From NCBI GenBank assembly GCA_002722595.1, contig PBMO01000035.1, positions 49-64,048 on the forward strand: a DNA stretch of 64,000 bases. The letters are read 5' to 3'. Of this stretch, positions 1 through 8,936 are shown piece by piece (positions within the stretch are counted from its first letter, which is position 1; every line of letters begins with the position of its first letter). The notes beneath the pieces are model-generated. The model made no database searches. It was not told the DNA's origin and was given only the letters and a program-made list of their open reading frames with translations. The stretch comes from Methanobacteriota archaeon. GTDB taxonomy: Archaea; Thermoplasmatota; Poseidoniia; Poseidoniales; Thalassarchaeaceae. The position numbers and the translations under genes are program-made.

Positions 1-2058
1 ATCCAGAAATTCAAGTTCATCGGTTCAGATAATTATTCTCAACTTGCAACAGGCTCTTGGTTTGGCGAGTGTCCAAAGTCAGAGGACATAGTTTCATCAA
101 TCAGATTTCCAAAATACGGGGGATGGAGATTAGGTTCACCGGTTATCGATGGGCCAAGTATTCGTCTGGACCAACCACTGTTAGCCTTGGATATGGACAG
201 GATTTCAAGAGAGACTCTCTTAGATTCCGCAACCCACGAGGCAGTTACCCTTGCTCCTCTTCGAAAGCGAAAAATATCTGCACGTAAGATGCCATTAGAA
301 TTACTACCATACTGGGTTGAAAAAGCCCATCCTCGCCTCGGGAGTTCTGAAAGAGCAGCTAGACTTAAGTCACTCAGAGATTCATTGTCCACACCAGAGT
401 CAATGCGTTTGAGGAGAAAAATAGATGATTCAACATGGAGACGTTTCACTGAACATTGGGGTAGTGTAGAGTGGTCCAATGAGCCAATCAAAGTTGGGGA
501 TTGGATAGATACAAGAAATATTTCAGAGAAAGCAGAGGCAGTATTAATTCGCTGGTTTTTGGATAATTGCCAATCAGAACTGGTAATTGAATCAAGGCAA
601 CATACTCATTCGCTATTCTCTAAATCATCAAGGTTACAGGAAAATATACGTCTTTTAATCAGCTCTAAATGGAAGGATCCACCAATATCGAATTTACTTC
701 AACCACACCACATATTGCCATCTCTATGGGTGGTTCTTGATCTCCATCAAGGTCCACGTTTTCCAGTTAATATATCACCTAAGATTTCTGCAAATCGACC
801 TCATGAGAATCTCATTTGGACACGACCTACAAGCGCTAGAGAAGTGCTAACTTCTAAGAACCAAATGGGGGGTAAAGAATCATTTGTTCTTACTACTCTT
901 CCATCTCCAGAATCAGACGAGGACCAATTAGTGAGAGCCGCAGTTCTCTGTTATCCTGGTGGTGACGCTGATTGGGCGAATAAGGTGGAGATGAATAGTC
1001 CAATTGCTGCTTGGATAGCTTCACCGCCCGCAGAAAGATGGTCTAGATGGGAACGGTTGGGTGAACAATTAGGTGATGATTGGATTTCGTTGATGCTACC
1101 AGAACACATACCACGTACAGCCTTCGCTACCGCTGCTAGTACTGCACCAACTGATTGGGTTAATGAGTTGGTATTTTCCATCCGTTCTAGATTGAGATAT
1201 GAACCAGATTTAGCGAATGATCTGAGGAAGCATGCAGAAATATCTCCTCCAAAAGAGGCATCTTGGTTGGCACACGTGCTGTTATCAGAAATCCCTTGGT
1301 ATACCGAAGAGTTACAACGGGATTTGGGCACATGGGGTTTAGATCGTTTCCTTGAATATCCACCTTCGAGATGTTCAGAATCAATCCATGGTTTACATTG
1401 GCTGTCAGATAGGTTTCCACTTCATCTTCAATCCGAATCTGATGACTGGAAAACAATTGCTCGCTCAATAGGATATTCAATGCCTCAAGACCACGATTTG
1501 CACTTATGGGCAGTATTGAGTCAGTGGTATGAGGAAGATCATCGTCCACACCATTCGTTAATGAATTTGATAGTAAAACGTCTTCCGGAAGAGTGGTGGG
1601 CACCAGTTGCAGAAACCATCTTAACAGTATTATCTGATGAACCAGACGGTATTCTCTTACTGTCTCAAAGTAATATTGCGTGGCCATCGTTGATTATTCG
1701 TCCTATTGGTGAGGTCCACCAAATGCCTGGAGGTTTCTCAACAATTCACAAAGGAGTAAGGAGAACACTGTTGACCAGATTGGAAAGGATGTTTGATAAT
1801 CCTCAATGGGAAGAGGGGTTGTCTGGATCAATAATGATAAGTGATCTAGCCGAAACTTTACGTTCGGCTCGAACACTTTCTGCACCACCTAGGGGAAAAT
1901 CGCATCCAATGGTCGGCTGGTTGGCTTTTCCAGAACATCTTTGGCCATCAATAGAATCAATTCAGTCCGAAAGCGGGGATGCGCGCATTTCTTCTCGATT
2001 AATGCAGAGATTATCAGGTTGGCATCCGGAACTATCTCGCAATACTATGACAATTTGA
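1..2058 (+). CDS. hypothetical Trp-rich protein; 5' end probably lies outside the window
   Basis: Frame 1 is open from base 1 (IQKFKFIGSDNYSQLATGSWFGE...) through the ATG at 187 to the stop at 2056-2058. The track ORF is 623 aa. I recognise no motif and see no TM segments. The antisense ORF 39..491 is judged a shadow. Confidence 0.55.
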   Translation: MQKFKFIGSDNYSQLATGSWFGECPKSEDIVSSIRFPKYGGWRLGSPVIDGPSIRLDQPLLALDMDRISRETLLDSATHEAVTLAPLRKRKISARKMPLELLPYWVEKAHPRLGSSERAARLKSLRDSLSTPESMRLRRKIDDSTWRRFTEHWGSVEWSNEPIKVGDWIDTRNISEKAEAVLIRWFLDNCQSELVIESRQHTHSLFSKSSRLQENIRLLISSKWKDPPISNLLQPHHILPSLWVVLDLHQGPRFPVNISPKISANRPHENLIWTRPTSAREVLTSKNQMGGKESFVLTTLPSPESDEDQLVRAAVLCYPGGDADWANKVEMNSPIAAWIASPPAERWSRWERLGEQLGDDWISLMLPEHIPRTAFATAASTAPTDWVNELVFSIRSRLRYEPDLANDLRKHAEISPPKEASWLAHVLLSEIPWYTEELQRDLGTWGLDRFLEYPPSRCSESIHGLHWLSDRFPLHLQSESDDWKTIARSIGYSMPQDHDLHLWAVLSQWYEEDHRPHHSLMNLIVKRLPEEWWAPVAETILTVLSDEPDGILLLSQSNIAWPSLIIRPIGEVHQMPGGFSTIHKGVRRTLLTRLERMFDNPQWEEGLSGSIMISDLAETLRSARTLSAPPRGKSHPMVGWLAFPEHLWPSIESIQSESGDARISSRLMQRLSGWHPELSRNTMTI

Positions 2059-2097
2059 ATCAACGCATTGAAAACATATGCATTTGTTCGCTGATTT

Positions 2098-2368
2098 GCC
2101 CGGAAGCAACACCGCTGTGAGCCTTCCCTCGCCGGGTCGAGCGATGATCTGCGGTACTAAACCGGGCCTACCCACCCCATCGAAGACCGGCCGGACCCCT
2201 CGGGGAATGAACGTCGGTGCAAGCGGGTGGGCTACGAACCGGGTTATGGGTCCCCAGATGACGAAAGGATGAATCATGGGACAACCCCCCGGTCCGACAG
2301 ACGCCCTGGGACAGGGTCAGGATCACGAGCTACGGCGATGAAACGGTCCGTTACGTCCCGGGGCACAC
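2098..2368 (+). ncRNA. GC-rich structured RNA of about 270 nt, identity unresolved (candidates: RNase P RNA, SRP RNA, or an L7Ae-binding K-turn RNA)
   Basis: This is an ORF-poor gap between two + strand CDS. By hand count G+C is 62% over 2101-2160 and 72% over 2161-2220, against visibly AT-richer flanks. A terminal helix pairs GCCCGG (2098-2103) with CCGGGGC (2358-2364), followed by ACA, C and a T6 run (2369-2374). A long irregular hairpin spans 2160-2245 (CCCACCC/GGGUGGG core). Four GAUGA motifs occur on the + strand only (about 2143, 2256, 2268, 2336), and one forms a K-loop-like hairpin at 2250-2282. An AT-rich TATA-like segment (aacatatg, 2072-2079) sits about 20-25 nt upstream. The strand call rests on the T-run and the GAUGA bias. 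Confidence 0.55.
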
Positions 2369-2393
2369 TTTTTTATCCGCGGATTGAAGGACT

Positions 2394-3422
2394 GTGACTT
2401 GTTCGAAACACATGATGAGCACCACATTGTGCCTTGTAGGAGGGACCTTCGACTGTTTCCACGCGGGCCATGAAGCACTGCTTGAATCAGCATTAAAGTT
2501 CGATTATGTCGAAGTATGGATTAGTTCTGATACCATTGCAAGAGAGAAAGACCCTCGTATCGCATCCCTTAGTTTCCGAAAGTCAGCAATATTGGATTGG
2601 GCATCTGGGCGGAATTTATCCTGTCACGAATTAGTCGACTCTTGGGGGCCAGCACCCTTTAGGGAAGATGCAACCCACATAGTATGCACACCTGAAACCT
2701 ATTCGAATTGTTCTATTATCAATAAAATGCGTGTGGAAAATGGCCTTGTACCGCTGAATATTGTTGAGGTCCAACATGTTAGCGCATCAGATGGTTCTCC
2801 TATTTCTTCAACTAGAATTCGCCAAGGGAGTATCGACAGAGAGGGTAAGCCATGGATTAGAAGCACCGACTTAGATTATGTTGTTAGAATGCCATCAAAA
2901 CTTGATGATGAGTTGAAGAAACCCATGGGTGAATTATTTCAGGGGCCAGAAGAAGAGCCAACTGTAGCTATGCGCGCTGCTCTTCAATCAATACCGAAAG
3001 AGACTCCCTGCATTGTCGCAGTTGGTGATGTTACTGTTGCGGCACTACTTGAGTGTGGATGGGTTCCAGATGTAGGCGTGATTGATGGAATGACAAAACG
3101 ACAAAAGTGGGACGGTGAATTGGACCCATCATCATTTGTCGGGCACTTGAATTGTGAGAGCCCACCTGGACAATTGACTCCAGATTTGTTAGAATCCATC
3201 GATCTAGCCCTAGAATTTGCATTCTCAGAAGACGGAGGGCCTGTACTTCTGGAAGTAGATGGTGAAGAAGACTTGAGTCCAATTTACATTCATCTTCTTG
3301 CACCAATTGGAACAGCAGTATTGTATGGCCAACCATCACAAGGGGTAGTTCTCAGAATTACGGATACAGCAACCAAAGTACGAAGCCGGTTGATTTTGGA
3401 TTCATTTGTGTATGGGGAATAA
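2394..3422 (+). CDS. fusion of phosphopantetheine adenylyltransferase (archaeal type) and DUF359-type GTP-dependent dephospho-CoA kinase
   Basis: The N-terminal half has GGTFDCFHAGHEALL (nucleotidyltransferase HxGH) and SPISSTRIRQG (ISSTxIR). The C-terminal half has CIVAVGDVTVAALLECGWVPDVGVIDGMTKR, which resembles DUF359/COG1909. The start is uncertain: GTG at 2394, or ATG at 2412/2415. Confidence 0.7.
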   Translation: MTCSKHMMSTTLCLVGGTFDCFHAGHEALLESALKFDYVEVWISSDTIAREKDPRIASLSFRKSAILDWASGRNLSCHELVDSWGPAPFREDATHIVCTPETYSNCSIINKMRVENGLVPLNIVEVQHVSASDGSPISSTRIRQGSIDREGKPWIRSTDLDYVVRMPSKLDDELKKPMGELFQGPEEEPTVAMRAALQSIPKETPCIVAVGDVTVAALLECGWVPDVGVIDGMTKRQKWDGELDPSSFVGHLNCESPPGQLTPDLLESIDLALEFAFSEDGGPVLLEVDGEEDLSPIYIHLLAPIGTAVLYGQPSQGVVLRITDTATKVRSRLILDSFVYGE

Positions 3423-3425
3423 GTC

Positions 3426-4445
3426 ATGGATCATCCATTAATCAGTATAACAGTTTGTATGAGGGACGCGGAAGAATGGATCGATGATTGCATCGAATCG
3501 TTAGTGCTGCAAACATACCGCCCCCTAGAAATCATTGCCGTGGATGACGGTTCTGCGGATTCCGGCCTCTCTATTTTGGAAAGATGGTCTGGAGAGCACA
3601 ATGGGATTCCTGTAAGAGTATTCTCACAGAACCCTATGGGACTTTCTGCTGGTCGAAATTTAGCAGTTGAGAAGTCGAAAGGTGAATGGGTTGCGATTAC
3701 AGACATCGATTGTCGTCCAGACCCATATTGGATATCTGAAATGTTTTCAGTCAGTGATGGATTAGGTGACGAAGAGGTATGGGCTGTAACTGGACGCACG
3801 ATATTCGAGAAAGGAGAAACAAAAATCAGTAAGTTACGCTCGGATTCAATTGCGAGAAAGTACTCGGGAAGGCCTAGGTTGGCAAGTCTTGCCAATGGCC
3901 CCTGTTCAATGTTTAAGCGAGCAGCTTTGGATCAAGTCGGCGGTTTTAATCCAGAATGGTACCATGCGGAAGATATGGAAGTTAGTTTACAGATTATACA
4001 GGCAGGGGGGGTAATAATTCACACACCTGATGCGATTGTAAACCATATAGCCGAGTCCTCAAAATCAGTTTTTCTGCGAAAACGTAGTCGTGATGCAAGA
4101 GCTCACGTTAGAATCCGTCGGAAATTTGGTAAGCACGGTGTGAGAAAACCGAATGGAGTAATCCATTTACATGATTTCGTGAGTGACGCAGAACGTGTGG
4201 TTTGGTTATTTCCAATTGCGCTATTAGGACTATCTTTCAGTATGTTCAGTCTCTTGACATTCCAATCTCCCATTCGAAATGGGGTCATCCTTGTATCAAT
4301 AATTTGGGTATTTCTCATAGTAAAAAGAGGAAACGAATTTCTCTGGAGCATCGCTCTTTGGCATGGTGCTATTTTGGGCCTATCAGATATTATACTCGGC
4401 CGGAATGGCCATAGAAAGTTGGTTAAGAGAGAAGATCAATCTTGA
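3426..4445 (+). CDS. family 2 glycosyltransferase with C-terminal TM segments
   Basis: ISITVCMRDAEEWIDDCIESLVLQTY...IIAVDDGSADS indicates a GT-A fold. An ITDIDC (DxD-like) motif and hydrophobic C-terminal helices are present. The ATG lies 3 nt after the upstream stop. Confidence 0.8.
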   Translation: MDHPLISITVCMRDAEEWIDDCIESLVLQTYRPLEIIAVDDGSADSGLSILERWSGEHNGIPVRVFSQNPMGLSAGRNLAVEKSKGEWVAITDIDCRPDPYWISEMFSVSDGLGDEEVWAVTGRTIFEKGETKISKLRSDSIARKYSGRPRLASLANGPCSMFKRAALDQVGGFNPEWYHAEDMEVSLQIIQAGGVIIHTPDAIVNHIAESSKSVFLRKRSRDARAHVRIRRKFGKHGVRKPNGVIHLHDFVSDAERVVWLFPIALLGLSFSMFSLLTFQSPIRNGVILVSIIWVFLIVKRGNEFLWSIALWHGAILGLSDIILGRNGHRKLVKREDQS

Positions 4446-4996
4446 TTTTCAGATGTTGCTGCAAACCACAAAGCTGCACCAAAACCAAGTAAAGAGGCAG
4501 TTACTGAATAAACACCAACGTCAACCCAATTCCAGTGAGTTATACTTTGGTAGATGTAGAATCCTAGTCCAAGTACAATACACCACATTGCTGCAGTCAT
4601 TTGCCCTCCTGCTTCTTTGGTAGACATCAGACTAAGCCAACAATCGCACGAAACAATTCCTTTCGCCCATGATGAAATACCACCTTCGGTGGTTTCGTGT
4701 AGACATTTTGCACCCCACCCCATCAATCCAAGATTAAGGAGCATGAATACTGAATCGCTCCAAGGTCGGAAGACCATGTCAGATGTATACAGGTCAGGAT
4801 ACAACTGACCCATGCTGAGATATGCAGCCCAAACCACCTTCATTTTATGCTCTGGAGAACCGCCAATACCTGAAACGATATTCAGAATGCCCAAAATGGC
4901 ACCCCAAAGGCCTAGGCCAAATGCAAGTGAAGCAAGTGTCCTCCCACTCCCGTCATGATTAGTGCTCATTGTTCCGGCGACCAATGTTCTCGTCAT
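4436..4996 (-). CDS. hypothetical integral membrane protein (about 4-5 TM)
   Basis: A 186-aa ORF with repeated hydrophobic helices (LASLAFGLGLWGAILGILNIV, AAMWCIVLGLGFYIY, VTASLLGFGAALWFA). I recognise no family motif. It is convergent with the GT2 gene and overlaps it by 10 nt. Confidence 0.5.
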   Translation of the reverse strand: MTRTLVAGTMSTNHDGSGRTLASLAFGLGLWGAILGILNIVSGIGGSPEHKMKVVWAAYLSMGQLYPDLYTSDMVFRPWSDSVFMLLNLGLMGWGAKCLHETTEGGISSWAKGIVSCDCWLSLMSTKEAGGQMTAAMWCIVLGLGFYIYQSITHWNWVDVGVYSVTASLLGFGAALWFAATSENQD

Positions 4997-5033
4997 AACC
5001 GTTGCCCGCGCGAGAGGCCCTAAAAATAACGAA

Positions 5034-6308
5034 TCATAATCGGTTTTGTAACCGATAACGCGTGTTTATTACTGGCTCCATCAGTGGTTCAGAAGAGCGC
5101 ATGATTTCCAGAACATCAAATCCTGGAGGTAATGATGTATTGATTCTCTTAGACATTCCATGACGTCCGCGGCTCGTTGTTTTAGCTGAAACAATTCCAA
5201 TCATATCTAGTTCACGAATCAATGAGGACACCCTCCGACTCGTTAGCGCCCTTTCTCCGGCATTTAAGCAAGCCATTTCATAGGTACCATAGACTTCACC
5301 AGTCGAGATATTACGTAATCCGTTTTTCTCATTTATGATGACTGAAAACAGGACCAATTTCTGTTGTAGAGGCAGGTTTCTGATGGTTGGAGTAATTTGG
5401 TCAAATTCTAATTGACTTTGGGCCTGTCTAACATGTCCGATATTCACAATTCCTCCTGAATCCTGTTCAGCCTTTTGAACTGAAATTCTGAGCAAATCTA
5501 AAGCTCTCCGAGCATCCCCATCTTCTTTCGCTGCTAGAGCCGCACAAAGTGGGATGACTGCACAGTCCAATCCGTTTTCTACAACTCCTCTTTCAGCCCT
5601 TGGGTTTAGCACATCTTCTAACTGATTTGCATTATATGGTGAGAACACAACATCAATAGGGGAAAGTCTCGATGTTACTCTTGGATCTAAATCCTCAGTG
5701 AATCCCAGGTCATTGCTTATACCAATCACACAGCAGAATGAATCCTTAAGCAGACCGATGTTGAGGCTAGTTAAACAGTATAACAAATCATCACCCTCTC
5801 TACCCTTTCTAACAAGGTAGTCAATTTCATCTAGTATTATTATGTAAACTCCCGGGTCTCTTTCCATACGCGTGCGCACGTGTTCGAATACCCGATCAGC
5901 AGGCCAACCTGTAAAGGGGATAACTGCATCACCTTCACGCGAAAGATGGTTACCAATTTGTGCAAGAACCCGGTATTTTGTATCGATATTTCTGCAATTT
6001 ATTTCAATTGTCTTTACGTTAGAACCCTCTGCCGCACCCTTTGCCTCAAGGTCCCTACAAACGAATCGAGTAACCGCTGTTTTTCCCGAACCGGGTCTAC
6101 CATAAAGTGTCATATTAGATGGCGAATGGCCTCGCAGTGCCTCTACTAAATTATTGACCAAGACGGAGATTTCTAATTCACGGTGAGGTAGTGACTCTGG
6201 AGTGAATGCATGGCCTAGTGCACGACGGTCTAGGAACAGACTTTTTGCGTTCAATAGTTCATCGAAAAGATTTCGACTCATTTTTGAACACTTTCCCCCC
6301 CTCTGCAT
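5034..6308 (-). CDS. cdc6: Orc1/Cdc6 replication initiator (AAA+ plus winged helix)
   Basis: Walker A YGRPGSGKTAVTRFV, Walker B IIILDEIDYL, and a C-terminal winged-helix-like region (IRELDMIGIVSAKTTSRGRHG). An alternative start is the ATG at 6281 (MSRNLFDELL). Confidence 0.9.
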   Translation of the reverse strand: MQRGGKCSKMSRNLFDELLNAKSLFLDRRALGHAFTPESLPHRELEISVLVNNLVEALRGHSPSNMTLYGRPGSGKTAVTRFVCRDLEAKGAAEGSNVKTIEINCRNIDTKYRVLAQIGNHLSREGDAVIPFTGWPADRVFEHVRTRMERDPGVYIIILDEIDYLVRKGREGDDLLYCLTSLNIGLLKDSFCCVIGISNDLGFTEDLDPRVTSRLSPIDVVFSPYNANQLEDVLNPRAERGVVENGLDCAVIPLCAALAAKEDGDARRALDLLRISVQKAEQDSGGIVNIGHVRQAQSQLEFDQITPTIRNLPLQQKLVLFSVIINEKNGLRNISTGEVYGTYEMACLNAGERALTSRRVSSLIRELDMIGIVSAKTTSRGRHGMSKRINTSLPPGFDVLEIMRSSEPLMEPVINTRYRLQNRL

Positions 6309-6718
6309 ATGGACGACTGCACCCCCCAGTCATGTCCGATGTAGTTCACAGGGATTCCATGCGACTTTGTGTTGAGTAATTAAGAGTAGCCACAAGTCAA
6401 ACAGAGAATAGTCGATTCAATGATTATATGTACAAAATAATCGAAACGATCAATTCATTTAAAAAATAACAAAAAGGCCCTCAGTAATTGCTTTTTTCCA
6501 GAGTCATATATACGATATCTCTTCTATAAGAATAATCATCAATGTATTTAGAAAACATCTTTTGAGAATCACCTTGGTGGCTATGGCCGCGGGCCCTATT
6601 ACTCTATTCTTCAAAACCATCAAGAGTATTCTTTCTCAATTGGAAATGGTTGATAATGTGATTTTTACCATATTTTTTATCTCATTTTGAAGTTACTTAA
6701 AAAGGCATAAAAATAACA
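6309..6718. other. putative replication origin region (AT-rich intergenic spacer upstream of orc1/cdc6)
   Basis: A 410-bp non-coding, very AT-rich stretch lies immediately upstream of cdc6. TTCCA-containing elements occur in both orientations (gattccatgc near 6352, ttttccagag near 6494, and ttggaaatgg near 6641, which reads ccatttccaa on the other strand). An imperfect direct repeat AGAATA(G/A)TC..TCAATG occurs at 6405-6427 and 6529-6550. An isolated GC island, ggccgcgggccc, is at 6584-6595. I could not confirm a clean match to the canonical ORB consensus by eye. Confidence 0.45.
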
Positions 6719-7441
6719 TTAGAATGAAAAACATTCTCCATCCACAACTTCAAAAACATTTTCTGGCAATTCGAATGTAGTGCCGGCGGGTGAAAAATTG
6801 TGAGTTGCTAAAAACTTCGTATCAGGATTACGAAGCGCGAGATCAAGTAGTGTTGATGGCGAATAATGATAGGGGCTATCGACATAGTCAGGAATCCCCA
6901 TCTCCACAATCATCACATCAGCTTCCTTAGCTAGTCGTTCGATATTATCACAAGGTCCTGAATCGCCACAGTGCACCAATACAAAACCATCTTTTTCAAA
7001 TCGATATCCATGAGGTTCAGTAATTGGTTGGTGACACACTTCAAATCGCTCAAATGACCATCCATTAGCAACACTTGGCTGATAATTAAAATTCAACCAA
7101 TCGAGGTCTTTGAGCGACTCAGGATAAGCAAGGTTGCAAAGGTCATTCAGGTGTTTACTACCAACAGAATGGCAGTGTACATTTAATTGGTGTTCACCAC
7201 CTCTATCTGAAATCCATTTACGTTCTAAGAGCAAAAATGGAAATCCGAATGTATGGTCGCCATGCCAGTGTGTGATAAATAGGTCTGAGATATCTGCAGG
7301 GGAAATACCTGCCTTACGTAATTGGGGGACGACTGTGGGAGGGGCATCTACGAGTAGAGTACCATCAATCATCACTAGTGAATGCATTCTACCCTCAGGG
7401 CAAAATGCATTTCCAGTACCCAGAAACTGAATATCTACCAT
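6719..7441 (-). CDS. metallo-beta-lactamase fold hydrolase (RNase Z/MBL-like)
   Basis: MVDIQFLGTGNAF N-terminus and an HxHxDH motif (ITHWHGDHTFG). The ATG at 7441 is preferred over the TTG at 7480. Confidence 0.8.
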   Translation of the reverse strand: MVDIQFLGTGNAFCPEGRMHSLVMIDGTLLVDAPPTVVPQLRKAGISPADISDLFITHWHGDHTFGFPFLLLERKWISDRGGEHQLNVHCHSVGSKHLNDLCNLAYPESLKDLDWLNFNYQPSVANGWSFERFEVCHQPITEPHGYRFEKDGFVLVHCGDSGPCDNIERLAKEADVMIVEMGIPDYVDSPYHYSPSTLLDLALRNPDTKFLATHNFSPAGTTFELPENVFEVVDGECFSF

Positions 7442-7591
7442 GCTCTGACCCAACCAACCGAGTGAAGGTACACGCCTCAAGTTTGCGCTCTAACATCTAC
7501 ATCTTGGTTGACGAATATATCATGAGGCTTTGAGGCCAATATGCATTTGTTCATAAGCGGGTCTATTCTCGGGTTGTTCCAGAGGGATGAC

Positions 7592-8875
7592 ATGGCATCT
7601 GAATGGAGTGCTAAGAATCCTTATTCCTCAACCGTCACAGTCAATTATGTTCTAAATGGCGAAGGTTCTAGAAAAGAAACTCGACATGTTGTGTTTGATC
7701 TTGGCGACTCTGGACTGACGTATAAGGCAGGAGATGCCCTTGGTGTAGTTCCTGTCACATCTTCTGAATTAGTTGATGATGTCATCGGAGCGTTGGGTGC
7801 AAATCCTGACACATTGGTAGAAACACATGCTGGAGAGGTTAGTCTAAGGGATGCTCTTTCAATTCATTATGAAATTCACCAGGCCAACAAGAAATTTGTC
7901 ATGAGTATTGGTGAAAAAATCCAATCATCGGGAGGTTCATCTGAATTTAGAATAATCAAGAGGGAGCGCAAATCCGTTGCATCAGGTTCTCAAAAATTTC
8001 AGTGGTCTTGGTCTGGTGAAGATTCCGATTTTCCCGAAGGATTTGCTCCTATAAATGTTATAATCGATCCAGCCATCAGTTTGTGGGAAAGTCTCTCTTC
8101 TGATCCAAAGGCACTTGAGGATTATTTGTGGGGCCGGGACTATATTGATGTCCTTGGAGACTTCGGGCATTTGGGTATCACGGCCCAAGATTTTGTTGAT
8201 CAACTGGATAAATTGAAACCACGTTTATACTCAATTGCATCATCTCCTGATTTTGAGCCAGGGACAGTTCACCTTACAGTGGGTATAGTTCGATATGAGG
8301 GGCAAGGAAGAGCCAAGACAGGGTTGACTACTGGATACCTTGCAGATAGGGTCCCTGAAGGAACTGACAATGTACGTGTATTCATGTCGCCAACTCGCTC
8401 ATTTGTCTTGCCCGAAGATTTGTCCAAGGATATCATAATGGTCGGTCCAGGTACAGGAATCGCCCCATTTAGAGCATTCCTTCAACAAAGAAAAGCCGAC
8501 AACGCCAGTGGTCGCAATTGGCTATTTTTTGGAGATTGGACAGAGGCAGGAGAGTTCCTATATCGTGATGAAGTTCAGGCTTATGTTGAAGATGGTACAC
8601 TTGACAAATTGGATTTAGCATGGTCTAGAGAAGGTTCTGAAAAAGTGTATGTCCAACACCTAATGGCAAAGCATGGTTCGGAAATATGGGAATGGATTGA
8701 TAATGGTGGTTATTTCTATGTTTGCGGTGATAAAAGTCGAATGGCCAAGGACGTCCATTCCACACTGATAAACATCTGTGTCGAACATGGCGGAATGGCT
8801 GAAGAGGATGCCAAAGATTTTGTTGAACAAACAATGATGAAGGATGAGAAACGCTACCTCCGGGACGTTTACTGA
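7592..8875 (+). CDS. CysJ/CPR-like FAD/NADPH oxidoreductase (FNR-like module, no flavodoxin domain)
   Basis: RLYSIASSP (FAD RxYS), GPGTGIAPFRAF (NADPH), YVCGD, and the C-terminal RYLRDVY typical of sulfite reductase flavoprotein / P450 reductase. The ATG at 7592 follows GAGGG. The track ORF starts at 7541. Confidence 0.8.
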   Translation: MASEWSAKNPYSSTVTVNYVLNGEGSRKETRHVVFDLGDSGLTYKAGDALGVVPVTSSELVDDVIGALGANPDTLVETHAGEVSLRDALSIHYEIHQANKKFVMSIGEKIQSSGGSSEFRIIKRERKSVASGSQKFQWSWSGEDSDFPEGFAPINVIIDPAISLWESLSSDPKALEDYLWGRDYIDVLGDFGHLGITAQDFVDQLDKLKPRLYSIASSPDFEPGTVHLTVGIVRYEGQGRAKTGLTTGYLADRVPEGTDNVRVFMSPTRSFVLPEDLSKDIIMVGPGTGIAPFRAFLQQRKADNASGRNWLFFGDWTEAGEFLYRDEVQAYVEDGTLDKLDLAWSREGSEKVYVQHLMAKHGSEIWEWIDNGGYFYVCGDKSRMAKDVHSTLINICVEHGGMAEEDAKDFVEQTMMKDEKRYLRDVY

Positions 8876-8936
8876 TTTGGATTATCCTAAGTTTGATTGC
8901 GTCACGCCTTTGAACCGCATGCGTATGCCATGAACC

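Noticed and set aside
39-491. 150-aa minus-strand ORF at the window start
   Set aside because: It is fully antisense to a longer + strand frame that is open from base 1 to 2058, so it is likely a shadow ORF.
2032-2277. ORFs 2078..2272 (+, 64 aa) and 2032..2277 (-, 81 aa) inside the GC-rich gap
   Set aside because: Both are Pro/Gly/Arg-rich translations of a GC-rich segment that folds into long helices. Neither has a start context or a recognisable motif. The region is better explained as a structured RNA.
2098-2368. Assigning the GC-rich RNA to SRP RNA or RNase P RNA outright
   Set aside because: By eye I could not locate the SRP helix 8 GNAR-tetraloop/AGCA motif in a hairpin context; the only GGAAGCA is at the extreme 5' end. 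I also could not find the RNase P CR-I GAGGAAAGUCC. CR-I/CR-V-like strings (AAACCGGGCC, ACAACCCCCCGGU) exist, but with the wrong spacing. Identity is left open pending a covariance-model search.
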